Shown here piece by piece: positions 54,288 through 63,063 of a stretch of 64,000 bases of DNA. The stretch is from the sequence record OQ689735.1. One strand, 5' to 3'. The notes under the pieces are model-generated. The model saw only the letters and a list, made by a program, of their open reading frames with translations, made no database searches and was not told the DNA's origin. The first letter of the stretch is position 1, and every line of letters starts with the position of its first letter. Made by a program: the position numbers and the translations under genes. The DNA is from Escherichia phage 4E10.

Positions 54288-55064
54288 ATGGCAGTAACAG
54301 GACCGTGGGTAGGATCGTCTGCAGTAGTTAATACAGGACAAAATTGGATGGGTGGTGCCGCGCAGAGATTGAGAATGGGAATTCCGTTTTGGATGAGTAA
54401 TATGATAGGTAGATCTGTTGAAATAATTCACACGCTTGGAGCAGACCATAACTTCAATGGTCAATGGTTCCGAGATAGATGTTTTGAGGCAGGTAGTGCA
54501 CCTATAGTGTTTAATATCACTGGAGATTTAGTATCATATTCTAAAGATGTTCCTTTATTCTTCATGTATGGAGATACACCGAATGAATATGTTCAGTTGA
54601 ATATACACGGCGTAACGATGTATGGACGTGGCGGTAATGGCGGTAGCAATAGTCCTGGTTCAGCTGGAGGTCATTGTATTCAAAACGATATTGGTGGGAG
54701 ACTAAGAATTAATAATGGTGGAGCTATTGCTGGAGGTGGCGGCGGTGGCGGCGGCGGATATTATTCTCCTTTTTCACAAATGAGATTGACTTTTGGAGGT
54801 GGCGGCGGGCGTCCGTTTGGCGCACCGGGCGGATCTATTGATATGCAATCAGGAGCAACTGCTGGTACTATTTCTGCGCCTGGCGCAGGGTCTGTGAACG
54901 GTATCTATAGCGGCGGTGGCGGTGGCGAAGTTGGCTCCGCAGGAGGTAGATGTAATATTCGTGGTCAAGGATATGAATACGATGGCGGAGCTGCTGGTTA
55001 TGCCGTCATAGGGTCTACACCGACATGGCAAAACGTTGGAGCAATATATGGTCCAAGAGTATAA
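54288..55064 (+). CDS. 38: T2-type tail fibre adhesin gp38 with glycine-rich motifs
   Basis: 258 aa from ATG with GGAGG RBS; three poly-Gly tracts flanking variable segments. Confidence 0.85.
   Translation: MAVTGPWVGSSAVVNTGQNWMGGAAQRLRMGIPFWMSNMIGRSVEIIHTLGADHNFNGQWFRDRCFEAGSAPIVFNITGDLVSYSKDVPLFFMYGDTPNEYVQLNIHGVTMYGRGGNGGSNSPGSAGGHCIQNDIGGRLRINNGGAIAGGGGGGGGGYYSPFSQMRLTFGGGGGRPFGAPGGSIDMQSGATAGTISAPGAGSVNGIYSGGGGGEVGSAGGRCNIRGQGYEYDGGAAGYAVIGSTPTWQNVGAIYGPRV
54726..54950 (+). repeat. glycine-rich motif tracts (GGY codon runs) inside gene 38
   Basis: [23 protein letters not shown] and [12 protein letters not shown] encoded by ggtggcggc runs. Confidence 0.75.
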
Positions 55065-55094
55065 TTTGAATAAATATCCTTAAAAGGAGGGTCT

Positions 55095-55751
55095 ATGGCA
55101 GCACCTAGAATATCATTTTCGCCCTCTGATATTCTGTTGGGTGTTCTAGATCGCTTGTTCAAAGATAACGCTACCGGGAAAGTTCTTGCTTCCCGGGTAG
55201 CTGTCGTAATTCTTTTATTTATGATGGCGATTGTTTGGTATAGGGGAGATAGTTTCTTTGAGTACTATAAGCAATCAAAGTATGAAACATACAGTGAAAT
55301 TATTGAAAAGGAAAGAAATGCACGCTTTGAATCTGTCGCCCTGGAACAACTCCAGATAGTTCATATATCATCTGAGGCAGACTTTAGTGCGGTGTATTCT
55401 TTCCGCCCTAAAAACTTAAACTATTTTGTTGATATTATAGCATACGAAGGAAAATTACCTTCAACAATAAGTGAAAAATCACTTGGAGGATATCCTGTTG
55501 ATAAAACTATGGATGAATATACAGTTCATTTAAATGGACGTCATTATTATTCCAATTCAAAATTTGCTTTTTTACCAACTAAAAAGCCTACTCCCGAAAT
55601 AAACTACATGTACAGTTGTCCATATTTCAATTTGGATAATATCTATGCTGGAACAATAACCATGTACTGGTATAGAAATGATCATATAAGTAATGACCGC
55701 CTTGAATCAATATGTGCTCAGGCGGCCAGAATATTAGGAAGGGCTAAATAA
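55095..55751 (+). CDS. t: holin T
   Basis: 218 aa; N-terminus MAAPRISFSPSDIL and single transmembrane helix as in T4 holin. Confidence 0.9.
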   Translation: MAAPRISFSPSDILLGVLDRLFKDNATGKVLASRVAVVILLFMMAIVWYRGDSFFEYYKQSKYETYSEIIEKERNARFESVALEQLQIVHISSEADFSAVYSFRPKNLNYFVDIIAYEGKLPSTISEKSLGGYPVDKTMDEYTVHLNGRHYYSNSKFAFLPTKKPTPEINYMYSCPYFNLDNIYAGTITMYWYRNDHISNDRLESICAQAARILGRAK

Positions 55752-56024
55752 TTATTTGTTCGTATACATCTCTAGATATCGATATACACCCTCAAAACCC
55801 TCGTTGAATTCGTCGATGAGGGTTTTCTTATCTTCTTGAGTTAATTCAGAAACAATTTTACGGAATGAATTCTGATTTAATTTTCTACCTTCATGCGTTA
55901 CTCCAATCTCATTTAGAAATGCAATAAAATTAGCACGATTTTCAACAATATCTTCTCTGGAAAATTTAATCAAAATAGACGCAACAGTAATAATTTCACG
56001 AACTGTATCAATGTTTTTATTCAT
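55752..56024 (-). CDS. asiA: anti-sigma-70 factor AsiA
   Basis: 90 aa; N-terminus MNKNIDTVREIITVASILIKFSREDIVENRANFIAFLNEIGV. Confidence 0.9.
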   Translation of the reverse strand: MNKNIDTVREIITVASILIKFSREDIVENRANFIAFLNEIGVTHEGRKLNQNSFRKIVSELTQEDKKTLIDEFNEGFEGVYRYLEMYTNK

Positions 56025-56036
56025 TAACTATACCAC

Positions 56037-56189
56037 TCAATTAGTTGACTTTACTATAATATCATCAGACGTTTGATTTGTAAACTGGTCTGTGGTATTT
56101 TCTTCAAAAATTTTTTCTACGAATTCCTTGAACGACTTACGTTCCTGAGCTACATTATGCTCGATTACTTTTTCAAGATTATGACTCAT
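56037..56189 (-). CDS. hypothetical 50-aa acidic protein between arn and asiA
   Basis: ATGA-coupled to arn stop; the asiA early promoter lies within it. Confidence 0.4.
   Translation of the reverse strand: MSHNLEKVIEHNVAQERKSFKEFVEKIFEENTTDQFTNQTSDDIIVKSTN
56056..56084 (-). promoter_or_regulatory. early promoter for asiA (TTTACA, 17 nt, TATTAT)
   Basis: CCAGTTTACAAATC..N..TATTAT about 30 nt upstream of asiA ATG. Confidence 0.55.
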
Positions 56190-56464
56190 TCGAAATAATC
56201 TTCAATTTCATAATCATGGACATAAATCATTATAGTTTTTAATACATCATCAATACTTTTTCCCGGAGCTGGAATTACGTAAAAATATCCTGCTTTTGAG
56301 AGGTCTTTATAAGTTCCAACCAAGAAATCATTATTCTCGAGATGTAGTTCTTCAACTAATTCATTAACAATTGAGTGGTATAAATTTGGTAGAAACTTAT
56401 ATAGCTTTTCTAGAATATCAATTTTGATTGTGTATTGAACCACAGACTGAGAATCAATAATCAT
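56186..56464 (-). CDS. arn: anti-restriction nuclease protein Arn
   Basis: 92 aa, acidic; sequence recognised as T4 Arn. Confidence 0.85.
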   Translation of the reverse strand: MIIDSQSVVQYTIKIDILEKLYKFLPNLYHSIVNELVEELHLENNDFLVGTYKDLSKAGYFYVIPAPGKSIDDVLKTIMIYVHDYEIEDYFE

Positions 56465-56547
56465 AGACCTTCCCCTTATGTTTCTGTTTGCGATTAGATT
56501 CTTTAAACGCTTTCTTCTTATCTTTATGAACAGAAGCTTTATTAAAA

Positions 56548-56766
56548 TTATGCTTTGCGACTAAATTGTTCATAGTGCTGAATTACCTCTCTCAAACATT
56601 TGCATGTGAATGAAAACTTTTTAGCTACACCACATTCAAATATATGTTCTCTTAAATCACGTGTATCAGTATATCCCATCTCAACAATAAAATGCCGTAT
56701 TAGATTTTTATCTTTATCATTGAGAGAATTAAAATAATCAGATTTTGAATTAATTTCCCTGGCCAA
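56548..56766 (-). CDS. hypothetical 72-aa protein
   Basis: ORF in arn-motA interval. Confidence 0.5.
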   Translation of the reverse strand: MAREINSKSDYFNSLNDKDKNLIRHFIVEMGYTDTRDLREHIFECGVAKKFSFTCKCLREVIQHYEQFSRKA

Positions 56767-57046
56767 ATTGAATCACCTTCAGTTGACGTTTTAATTCTTT
56801 TATCATTTCTTCGTTCATCGCAATATAAAGATCGCGTAAAGCAGGTTTTAGCATGTCATTTATTATAGAACTAAATGGACATACATAATCTTTTCCTACA
56901 AGCTTTTTGGTGAATTCCATATCACAGAACTTAAATCCCGGCTCATTGGTATAAATTCCCCAATTAGTTGACATCATTTTATTAGCATATTCCAGTGCCT
57001 TGATTTGATTCATAATTCCATCAATTTGAAACTTTTTAATATTCAT
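56750..57046 (-). CDS. hypothetical 98-aa protein
   Basis: ORF. Confidence 0.5.
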   Translation of the reverse strand: MNIKKFQIDGIMNQIKALEYANKMMSTNWGIYTNEPGFKFCDMEFTKKLVGKDYVCPFSSIINDMLKPALRDLYIAMNEEMIKELKRQLKVIQFGQGN

Positions 57047-57507
57047 TAGTAAAGGTCCTCAGAGTAAAGTTCTTTTTCACTACCACCACGTTCAATACGT
57101 ACTTGTCCAGCGTAAGTTGCAATAATCATTGCTTCTTCACGTGTCCAATAATTACTATATTGGTCAATAAACCCTTGGTCATCATCACAAACTTGTTGAG
57201 TAACTAATTGAGGTTTAACTACATCTAAAACTTCTGCCATATCTTTAGAATAATGACGAGCACCTGGAATAATAAGAGTTCGTCCATCTTTTAATTTAAA
57301 ACGATTAGCTGCGCAGACAATTCGTCGTTGATACTTTTGGTTTTCATCCCAATATGCAGTCTGCCAACAGATTTCAGGAACTTCTTTCAGAATATCTTCT
57401 TCTGTGCATTTATAACCATGCGCTTTAAATTTTTCAACAAGACTTTCTGGAGTTTCACGAGATAAAGGAACATTCAACATTTTTAAACGATTGATAAATG
57501 GGTTCAT
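57046..57507 (-). CDS. hypothetical 153-aa protein
   Basis: ORF; ATGA overlaps on both sides. Confidence 0.55.
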   Translation of the reverse strand: MNPFINRLKMLNVPLSRETPESLVEKFKAHGYKCTEEDILKEVPEICWQTAYWDENQKYQRRIVCAANRFKLKDGRTLIIPGARHYSKDMAEVLDVVKPQLVTQQVCDDDQGFIDQYSNYWTREEAMIIATYAGQVRIERGGSEKELYSEDLY

Positions 57508-57833
57508 TTAAACCATCCTTTAATACGTTGCCACAAAGTTTTCTGTTGAGCTTTGTTAACACCAATTGAACGAATAACTGGTTGAGATTCCTGGAATTCT
57601 TTATAATCGGCAAGGTAAATTTCGTAAGCTGCATCAGTAAATGAACTTATCGCTGCCATAAAATTATTGCGAATACCTACTGGAGCATCTTTACTTTCAC
57701 GAATAATCATGTATTTACCAGTCTTAATCTTTACGATAGTTCCAAGATAAGCTCCATGGTACCAAATATCCCAACCCTCTTGAGTAGGTTCTGCGCAACG
57801 ACGAAGTTCATTAACAATTTCTAACTTGTTCAT
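57504..57833 (-). CDS. hypothetical protein (motA.1 position)
   Basis: 109-aa ORF. Confidence 0.55.
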   Translation of the reverse strand: MNKLEIVNELRRCAEPTQEGWDIWYHGAYLGTIVKIKTGKYMIIRESKDAPVGIRNNFMAAISSFTDAAYEIYLADYKEFQESQPVIRSIGVNKAQQKTLWQRIKGWFK

Positions 57834-57843
57834 TATTTATTCC

Positions 57844-58479
57844 TCACAGTTCAGATGCTACAGTGATTACTGCTTCAATGTTTTCTACTGAGCGTTTAAT
57901 GTCAAGATACACATTACCGTTTTTAGCGATTTTACATGACATTCCGATGTCAGTAAATTTCTGAATATGATGTTCCATCATTTTGTATCCAAAAATTCGC
58001 ATATTTCCATTGTTGTTAATTTCAAAATTACGAATTCCGTGAGTGCGTTTTTCTAAAATAGCAAGATAGTTACTGCGATAAGTTTCAACCTTTTTAAGAA
58101 CAAATCCATTTTCATCTAAAAGTTTTAACATGAGGTCTTTATCTTCTTCCATATCGGAAGTAATCTCGCGAGCTTTACGAGTTGCTCGTTTTTTCAGCAG
58201 TTCCGGAGCATTTTCCTGTGCGTATAAAGTTGCTGCGTTTGAAATAATATCCTGAGCTTCACCTGTAATGATTAATCCATCACCAGATTTCTCCACCAGG
58301 CCTTTTTTAATCAATACCCCAATATTACTATTAACTACTGCGTTACCTAAATCTGGATGCACCTCACGAACTTCTGCAGCTGTAATGAAATCTTTCTTAG
58401 CAATAGTAATTAAAATCGCAGCAGTTTTTTCATTCAGAACATCGTTAGAAGCTTTGATGATGTAAGTTACTTTAGACAT
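57844..58479 (-). CDS. motA: middle-promoter transcription activator MotA
   Basis: 211 aa; N-terminus MSKVTYIIKASNDVLNEKTAAILITIAKKDF. Confidence 0.92.
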   Translation of the reverse strand: MSKVTYIIKASNDVLNEKTAAILITIAKKDFITAAEVREVHPDLGNAVVNSNIGVLIKKGLVEKSGDGLIITGEAQDIISNAATLYAQENAPELLKKRATRKAREITSDMEEDKDLMLKLLDENGFVLKKVETYRSNYLAILEKRTHGIRNFEINNNGNMRIFGYKMMEHHIQKFTDIGMSCKIAKNGNVYLDIKRSVENIEAVITVASEL

Positions 58480-58520
58480 TTTCTAATCTCCGTAATTCTG
58501 TATCAGTAGTTGATAGTTGT

Positions 58521-58549
58521 ATAGTACCACAGTATGCTTTGGTTGTAAA
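58521..58549 (-). promoter_or_regulatory. early promoter for motA (TTTACA, 17 nt, TACTAT)
   Basis: GTTTACAACC..N17..TACTAT about 45 nt upstream of motA ATG. Confidence 0.65.
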
Positions 58550-58581
58550 CCGTTTTGTGAAAAAAATTTTAAAATAAAAAA

Positions 58582-58601
58582 GGGAGAGCCTCGGCTCTCC
58601 C
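58582..58601 (-). terminator. stem-loop gggagag-cctcgg-ctctccc plus T-run
   Basis: 7-bp GC stem followed on minus by TTTTTTATTTT. Confidence 0.6.
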
Positions 58602-58606
58602 TAAAA

Positions 58607-58756
58607 TTACTGCATGACTGTGATAACTGTCATGATAACACGTTGAATTCCGAACGCAAGAAGACCTCCTGCTACGGCTGGAACAACGCCTAAACCCGCC
58701 AGTAAAATGCCACCGGATACTAATGCGGCGCTTGTAATACCAATGAATGGACTCAT
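58607..58756 (-). CDS. hypothetical 49-aa hydrophobic glycine-rich membrane peptide
   Basis: ATGA-coupled to gene 52 stop with GAGGAAA RBS; below ORF-track cutoff. Confidence 0.5.
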   Translation of the reverse strand: MSPFIGITSAALVSGGILLAGLGVVPAVAGGLLAFGIQRVIMTVITVMQ

Positions 58757-60081
58757 TTGATTTCCTCTAAATCTTTGGTGTATTCGGTAACTACATCAGT
58801 AGTTTTCCAATATTCGTTTTCTTCTTTCTTAGCTTTAGCTTCTTCAGCAAGTTTCTTTGCTTCATCGGAAGTCATATGAAAAATATTCATTCCAACTAGT
58901 TTATCAACATAAGAAGAATACATATCAATTTTAGAAAGTTCTTCGGTCAGTTCTTTGCGAGTTTTACCTTGTACAACAATTTCACCTGAAATTACTTTCT
59001 TAATGAAATGCGCCTTGGCAAAGGCTAAACGAAATGCTGATTCAGTTTCTTTAATTTTGTTATCAATTCGTTTTTGAACATAAGTTTTACGAACTTCAAC
59101 AAAGTCTTTAATTAAATCAACTACGTTATCATAAACTTGTAGCTTTCCTTTCTCATTAATGACGGTAATATTCTGAGAACGACGCTCAATCAGTCCGAAG
59201 TCTTTCATAATTTTTGCATGGCGTTCTTCTTCATTATCGCTCAAAGAATATTCTTTACGGAATTTAACTTTGAATCCAAAACCATGCTCACCGCAAGCAT
59301 CATCCCATGTAATGAAGCCTTTATCTTCAAGTGGGTCTAAGATTTTACTCACATAAGTTTCACGATCATACTTATACGGAATCTCAGTGATATGCATTTG
59401 AGTTCGTGAAGTAAACTTATATGTTCCACGAATTTCATATTGCCCATCAATTTCAACGACTTCACCACGAAATTCTGGGAATTCTACCTTCGGTTTAGTT
59501 ACTTTCTTTCCTTGAAGAGCTTGCAGTACAGCTTTCTTGACAGAAGAAACACTATGAGGAAGAATGTAAGTTGCATAACCAGTTGCAATACCGGAAACGC
59601 CATTAAGAAGAACAGTAGGAATAATAGGCAAATAGAAAGCAGGCGGAATGTGTTCTTTATCTTGATGTACCGGAGCATATTCAGTATCTTTATATACGTT
59701 ATAGAAATTTTTACTTACACGAGCAAAAATATAACGACTTGCCGCTGCTTTTTGAACGGTACGAGAACCAAAGTTTCCTTGACCATCTAACAGAGGAAAG
59801 TTATTATTCCAAGTATTAGCCATCAAAGCTCCCGCATCTTGTGCAGAGTTTTCGCCATGGTGATATCCAAGGTCCGCTACACCACCTGCAATAGAAGCGA
59901 GTTTGTGAAACTTATCTTTATTTCCTCGCGCCAAATCAAGAGCTCGAGCAATAACAAATCGTTGAACTGGCTTAAATCCATCAATCATATTTGGAATGGC
60001 ACGATTTTCAACCGTGTACATAGCATAAGCCAATGCTTCATTATCAATGATACTTTTTAAATCGCGATTATTCAGTTGCAT
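58753..60081 (-). CDS. 52: DNA topoisomerase II medium subunit gp52
   Basis: 442 aa; GyrA-like N-terminus; sequence recognised. Confidence 0.93.
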   Translation of the reverse strand: MQLNNRDLKSIIDNEALAYAMYTVENRAIPNMIDGFKPVQRFVIARALDLARGNKDKFHKLASIAGGVADLGYHHGENSAQDAGALMANTWNNNFPLLDGQGNFGSRTVQKAAASRYIFARVSKNFYNVYKDTEYAPVHQDKEHIPPAFYLPIIPTVLLNGVSGIATGYATYILPHSVSSVKKAVLQALQGKKVTKPKVEFPEFRGEVVEIDGQYEIRGTYKFTSRTQMHITEIPYKYDRETYVSKILDPLEDKGFITWDDACGEHGFGFKVKFRKEYSLSDNEEERHAKIMKDFGLIERRSQNITVINEKGKLQVYDNVVDLIKDFVEVRKTYVQKRIDNKIKETESAFRLAFAKAHFIKKVISGEIVVQGKTRKELTEELSKIDMYSSYVDKLVGMNIFHMTSDEAKKLAEEAKAKKEENEYWKTTDVVTEYTKDLEEIK

Positions 60082-60085
60082 AAAT

Positions 60086-60226
60086 TTACCATACTAGTGA
60101 ATGTAGTGCCATAATAACATCAGAAATGAAAAGCACGACTTGAATTAATCCGAAAATTACTCCGTAATATAGTGCTACCAATAAAGCAGCAAGGGCTAAT
60201 GAATAGCCCAAGATTTTCTTAATCAT
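60086..60226 (-). CDS. hypothetical 46-aa hydrophobic peptide (52.1 position)
   Basis: small ORF overlapping ac stop. Confidence 0.45.
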   Translation of the reverse strand: MIKKILGYSLALAALLVALYYGVIFGLIQVVLFISDVIMALHSLVW

Positions 60227-60377
60227 TAGTAGATAACAACACAAATGTTAAATATGCACACATACCCTGGGCTAAAGCTTGTGAAAACACACTGCTAGCA
60301 TCGATACAGATAGTTAAAACACATGCTACTATCCAACAAATAAATGAAATAACTCCTAATAATTTTGCAATATTCAT
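60219..60377 (-). CDS. ac: small membrane protein, acriflavine-resistance (Ac)-like
   Basis: 52 aa hydrophobic; ATGA-coupled to stp with GAGGAAAA RBS. Confidence 0.5.
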
Positions 60378-60466
60378 ATTTTCCTCACTTGGCGTCCGAA
60401 GACGCCTTTAGTTTTAAGATTATTACGATAGAACTGCATCACGTGTTCGTTGTGGAAATTACTCAT
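60374..60466 (-). CDS. stp: Stp peptide (activator of host anticodon nuclease)
   Basis: 30 codons starting [26 protein letters not shown], matching T4 Stp as I recall it; TAATG overlap with ndd. Confidence 0.65.
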
Positions 60467-60924
60467 TAATATGCCTGTAAAACGAATTTAAAATTATCAG
60501 CCAACATACGGTTCATTTCTTCAAGTGTTTGATACTCAGAATGATGATTACGAGTAAACGCTAAAGCTAACTGTCCTTTTCCAAATCCTGTCGTCAGAGG
60601 TTTCATCTTAGAAGCAGGCAGATAAAATACTGTGTATGGAACATTATTATTTGCAATAGTTCGTGAAAGCTGAGACCGACGTTGACGAATATGACTTAGA
60701 ACTGCACTGAATCCTTGCTTAGAACGCTGATTACCTACATAAAATCGTGCAGACACACATGGATTACTAAATGGACGACCATCTAATTTACTCACTAAAA
60801 AGTAAAATCCAGGTTTAGACAAAATGTCTTTGTGCGGAGTTCCCAAAAACCACTCACCACCCTTGATTGTACCAATAACAGTAGCGCCCGCATTATTCAG
60901 ATCAGTAACAGTCATATATTTCAT
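60466..60924 (-). CDS. ndd: nucleoid disruption protein Ndd
   Basis: 152 aa; N-terminus [26 protein letters not shown]. Confidence 0.85.
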
Positions 60925-60984
60925 ATTAATTTCCTCTAAATTATTTTCTACTCCAAGGCCGCATGAATACGCGCGGCCATTAAA

Positions 60985-61200
60985 TTAATCGTCGCAGTCG
61001 ACGCTCAATTCCCAAAACTCTTCTACGGTATAAGTTTCAGTATCATTTTCAATACAGAAACGTTCATTACTGTTATTTGCTAAAGTAGCGTTAACTGTCG
61101 GTTTCTCGCTAGTGCTCTTAAGAGGTGAAATACGAATTAACTGATCACCGTTATCTAAACAGAAAATTTCACCAACTTTTACATCTTTAAAAATTTTCAT
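60985..61200 (-). CDS. hypothetical 71-aa protein (ndd.x)
   Basis: ORF. Confidence 0.5.
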   Translation of the reverse strand: MKIFKDVKVGEIFCLDNGDQLIRISPLKSTSEKPTVNATLANNSNERFCIENDTETYTVEEFWELSVDCDD

Positions 61201-61315
61201 AATTCACCTCAAGGAGTATAAAATCCGAATGCAGTTGTTGACCATCCCATCCAATATGGAAAATTTGCACCAATGTAAAACATAAGAATATAAAACCAAC
61301 CGCTCAGCAAATTCA

Positions 61316-61513
61316 TCATTTTACACCATTCCAAATTGTTTCAACCACAGATTTTAAACCATTTTGATGAATATCCATTCCGACTACTGTCATCAAATAG
61401 ATTCCAACTACAACTGAACCTAAGGCAAAAATCAGCATGAAAATGAATAAAGCCGGAAAAATATTATCGAAAAACCATTCAATAAATGTAAAAGCACTGC
61501 GTTTACGCTTCAT
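61316..61513 (-). CDS. hypothetical ~65-aa membrane protein (ndd.x)
   Basis: ATG with GAGGAAAA RBS; hydrophobic core. Confidence 0.5.
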   Translation of the reverse strand: MKRKRSAFTFIEWFFDNIFPALFIFMLIFALGSVVVGIYLMTVVGMDIHQNGLKSVVETIWNGVK

Positions 61514-61520
61514 ATTTTCC

Positions 61521-61634
61521 TCACATAAATCCAAAGTAAACGTTTAATACATCAATCATTAAAACGATTGGGAATATACTCAAAACTATTAGTATTATAA
61601 CTACATTCCATATAGCTTTAACAATCTTTTTCAT
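61521..61634 (-). CDS. hypothetical 37-aa hydrophobic peptide
   Basis: ATG with GGAGGAA RBS directly downstream of early promoter. Confidence 0.35.
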   Translation of the reverse strand: MKKIVKAIWNVVIILIVLSIFPIVLMIDVLNVYFGFM

Positions 61635-61662
61635 TTTCTGTTCCTCCGTAGTTGATAGGGTA

Positions 61663-61691
61663 ATAGTACCACGGAAGAACAGTCTTGTAAA
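61663..61691 (-). promoter_or_regulatory. early promoter (TTTACA, 17 nt, TACTAT)
   Basis: GTTTACAAGAC..N17..TACTAT on minus strand. Confidence 0.55.
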
Positions 61692-61877
61692 CAACTTTTT
61701 TAAAAATATTCGTAATAAATGTGAATACCAACTACTACCGCTGAAACCTGTGCAACCCACCACGCACAAGCAATAAGTACAGAATTCAAAATTTTCATAA
61801 TAACCTCATCACAAAAGTAAATGTTAAACAAATTACTGGAATACTAATTAACCAAACAAAACACCACCATAATGAAC

Positions 61878-62141
61878 TCATAGTTCAATCTCAGCGATTT
61901 TCATTTCATTACTATTAATAGCCTCTTTAAGACTATCTGAAAGAATTACACACCAGTGGTCATTCATATGACCATTAACTAAGCGTGTAATTTCTTCGGG
62001 AGTGGAAAAATAAGGCGTATCAGACTCCCAATGCGATAATCCCAAGCGAGTATAAATCATACCTTCATCATCGCTAGAATATTCAACTGACACAAACTCA
62101 TCAGTTATTTTATGTTTAGCGTAATAAAATTTAAATTTCAT
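61878..62141 (-). CDS. hypothetical 87-aa protein (ndd.x)
   Basis: ATG with GGAGGAG RBS downstream of early promoter. Confidence 0.55.
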   Translation of the reverse strand: MKFKFYYAKHKITDEFVSVEYSSDDEGMIYTRLGLSHWESDTPYFSTPEEITRLVNGHMNDHWCVILSDSLKEAINSNEMKIAEIEL

Positions 62142-62168
62142 TTTTACTCCTCCGTAGCTGATAGTTGT

Positions 62169-62197
62169 ATAGTACCACGGTCCTTGTGGTATGTAAA
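62169..62197 (-). promoter_or_regulatory. early promoter (TTTACA, 17 nt, TACTAT)
   Basis: GTTTACATACC..N17..TACTAT; shares cassette sequence with motA promoter. Confidence 0.6.
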
Positions 62198-62213
62198 CTG
62201 TTTTGTGAAATTT

Positions 62214-62771
62214 TTAAATGGAAAGATACCATCCGTTGTAGTTGCTTTTTCTTACAACCTTACGAAGGTCTTCTCTATCACCGATGAACTTCGGAGTGTA
62301 CTGGATGACACCTGGGTGAATTTCTTTAGTGTTGAATATAATTATACAGTCAGCGACTTGATGATTTAGAATGGGCCCTAGATTTATTCCAGAACCGTAT
62401 GGATACTCTCCGCTGCATCCTGTTGTTACCGAAATCCAACGCGAGTCAGTTTGATGTGTTTTGACTTCTACACGAAGCCCGCAATATTTTGGATGCGCTA
62501 AAACATCCCATGCATACGTGTACGGATCATCGACATTTTCTTGGCCTTTATTGACATATCCGCTTAGCCAATCTGCCACAAAAAACTCTGCGTACACAGC
62601 GATACGGCATCTTTCGATAACTTCTGCTTTATCCTGGTTCGGGTTTTGTTTTAAAGAGTATCTTGCTGTATCAGCAATTTTGACCTTCATTTCACTAGTC
62701 AAGTCACTGTTCGATAGGGTAAATGTCGGAATCTGAAATAGTCTCTGTAAACCCGGATTCGTTTTCTGCAT
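62214..62771 (-). CDS. denB: endonuclease IV (cytosine-specific ssDNA endonuclease)
   Basis: 185 aa, T4 DenB length and position. Confidence 0.85.
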   Translation of the reverse strand: MQKTNPGLQRLFQIPTFTLSNSDLTSEMKVKIADTARYSLKQNPNQDKAEVIERCRIAVYAEFFVADWLSGYVNKGQENVDDPYTYAWDVLAHPKYCGLRVEVKTHQTDSRWISVTTGCSGEYPYGSGINLGPILNHQVADCIIIFNTKEIHPGVIQYTPKFIGDREDLRKVVRKSNYNGWYLSI

Positions 62772-62815
62772 TTAAACTTTCCTTTATGTCGGAATCATAA
62801 TTTCTCTTAAAACAA

Positions 62816-62831
62816 AAGGGCCGAAGCCCTT
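62816..62831 (-). terminator. stem-loop aagggc-cgaa-gccctt
   Basis: 6-bp GC stem 4 nt after the stop of the 64-aa ORF. Confidence 0.5.
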
Positions 62832-62834
62832 ATT

Positions 62835-63029
62835 TTATTTGAATTGTGCGATTCTTTTCTCTAGACACTCAGCATAAGATTTCATTGAGATGAACTGTGA
62901 AAGCAGCAGTTCTTGCTCAACTGCACTAACCGTTAGAAACTTTGTGCTTTCTAAAAATTTGCTCAGTGCATTAATTTTGAGCATTAATTGATCGTATTCT
63001 TCTTTTACTCGTGCTTGATAACCTAACAT
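62835..63029 (-). CDS. hypothetical protein (denB.1 position)
   Basis: 64-aa ORF. Confidence 0.5.
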   Translation of the reverse strand: MLGYQARVKEEYDQLMLKINALSKFLESTKFLTVSAVEQELLLSQFISMKSYAECLEKRIAQFK

Positions 63030-63047
63030 AATTTTCCTTAATATGAT

Positions 63048-63063
63048 AAGGGCCGAAGCCCTT
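63048..63063 (-). terminator. stem-loop aagggc-cgaa-gccctt overlapping rIIB stop
   Basis: identical hairpin sequence to 62816-62831. Confidence 0.5.

Larger units (their letters stand above)
58503..58603 (-). repeat. terminator plus early-promoter cassette, copy B (about 85 percent identical to 41815-41910)
   Basis: same blocks gatagttgtatagtacca and tgtaaaccgttttgtgaaaaa, A-rich tract and GC hairpin. Confidence 0.8.

Noticed and set aside
55061-55094. AATAAATA just upstream of the holin gene t as a possible late promoter
   Set aside because: It differs from the invariant TATAAATA at the first position; t may be read through from gene 38, so no promoter is called.
62816-63063. Identical short GC palindromes (aagggccgaagccctt) recurring at intervals, considered as a possible CRISPR-like or REP array
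   Set aside because: Only two copies about 230 bp apart, each placed exactly after a stop codon, with coding sequence between them; they behave as rho-independent terminator hairpins, not repeat-spacer units.
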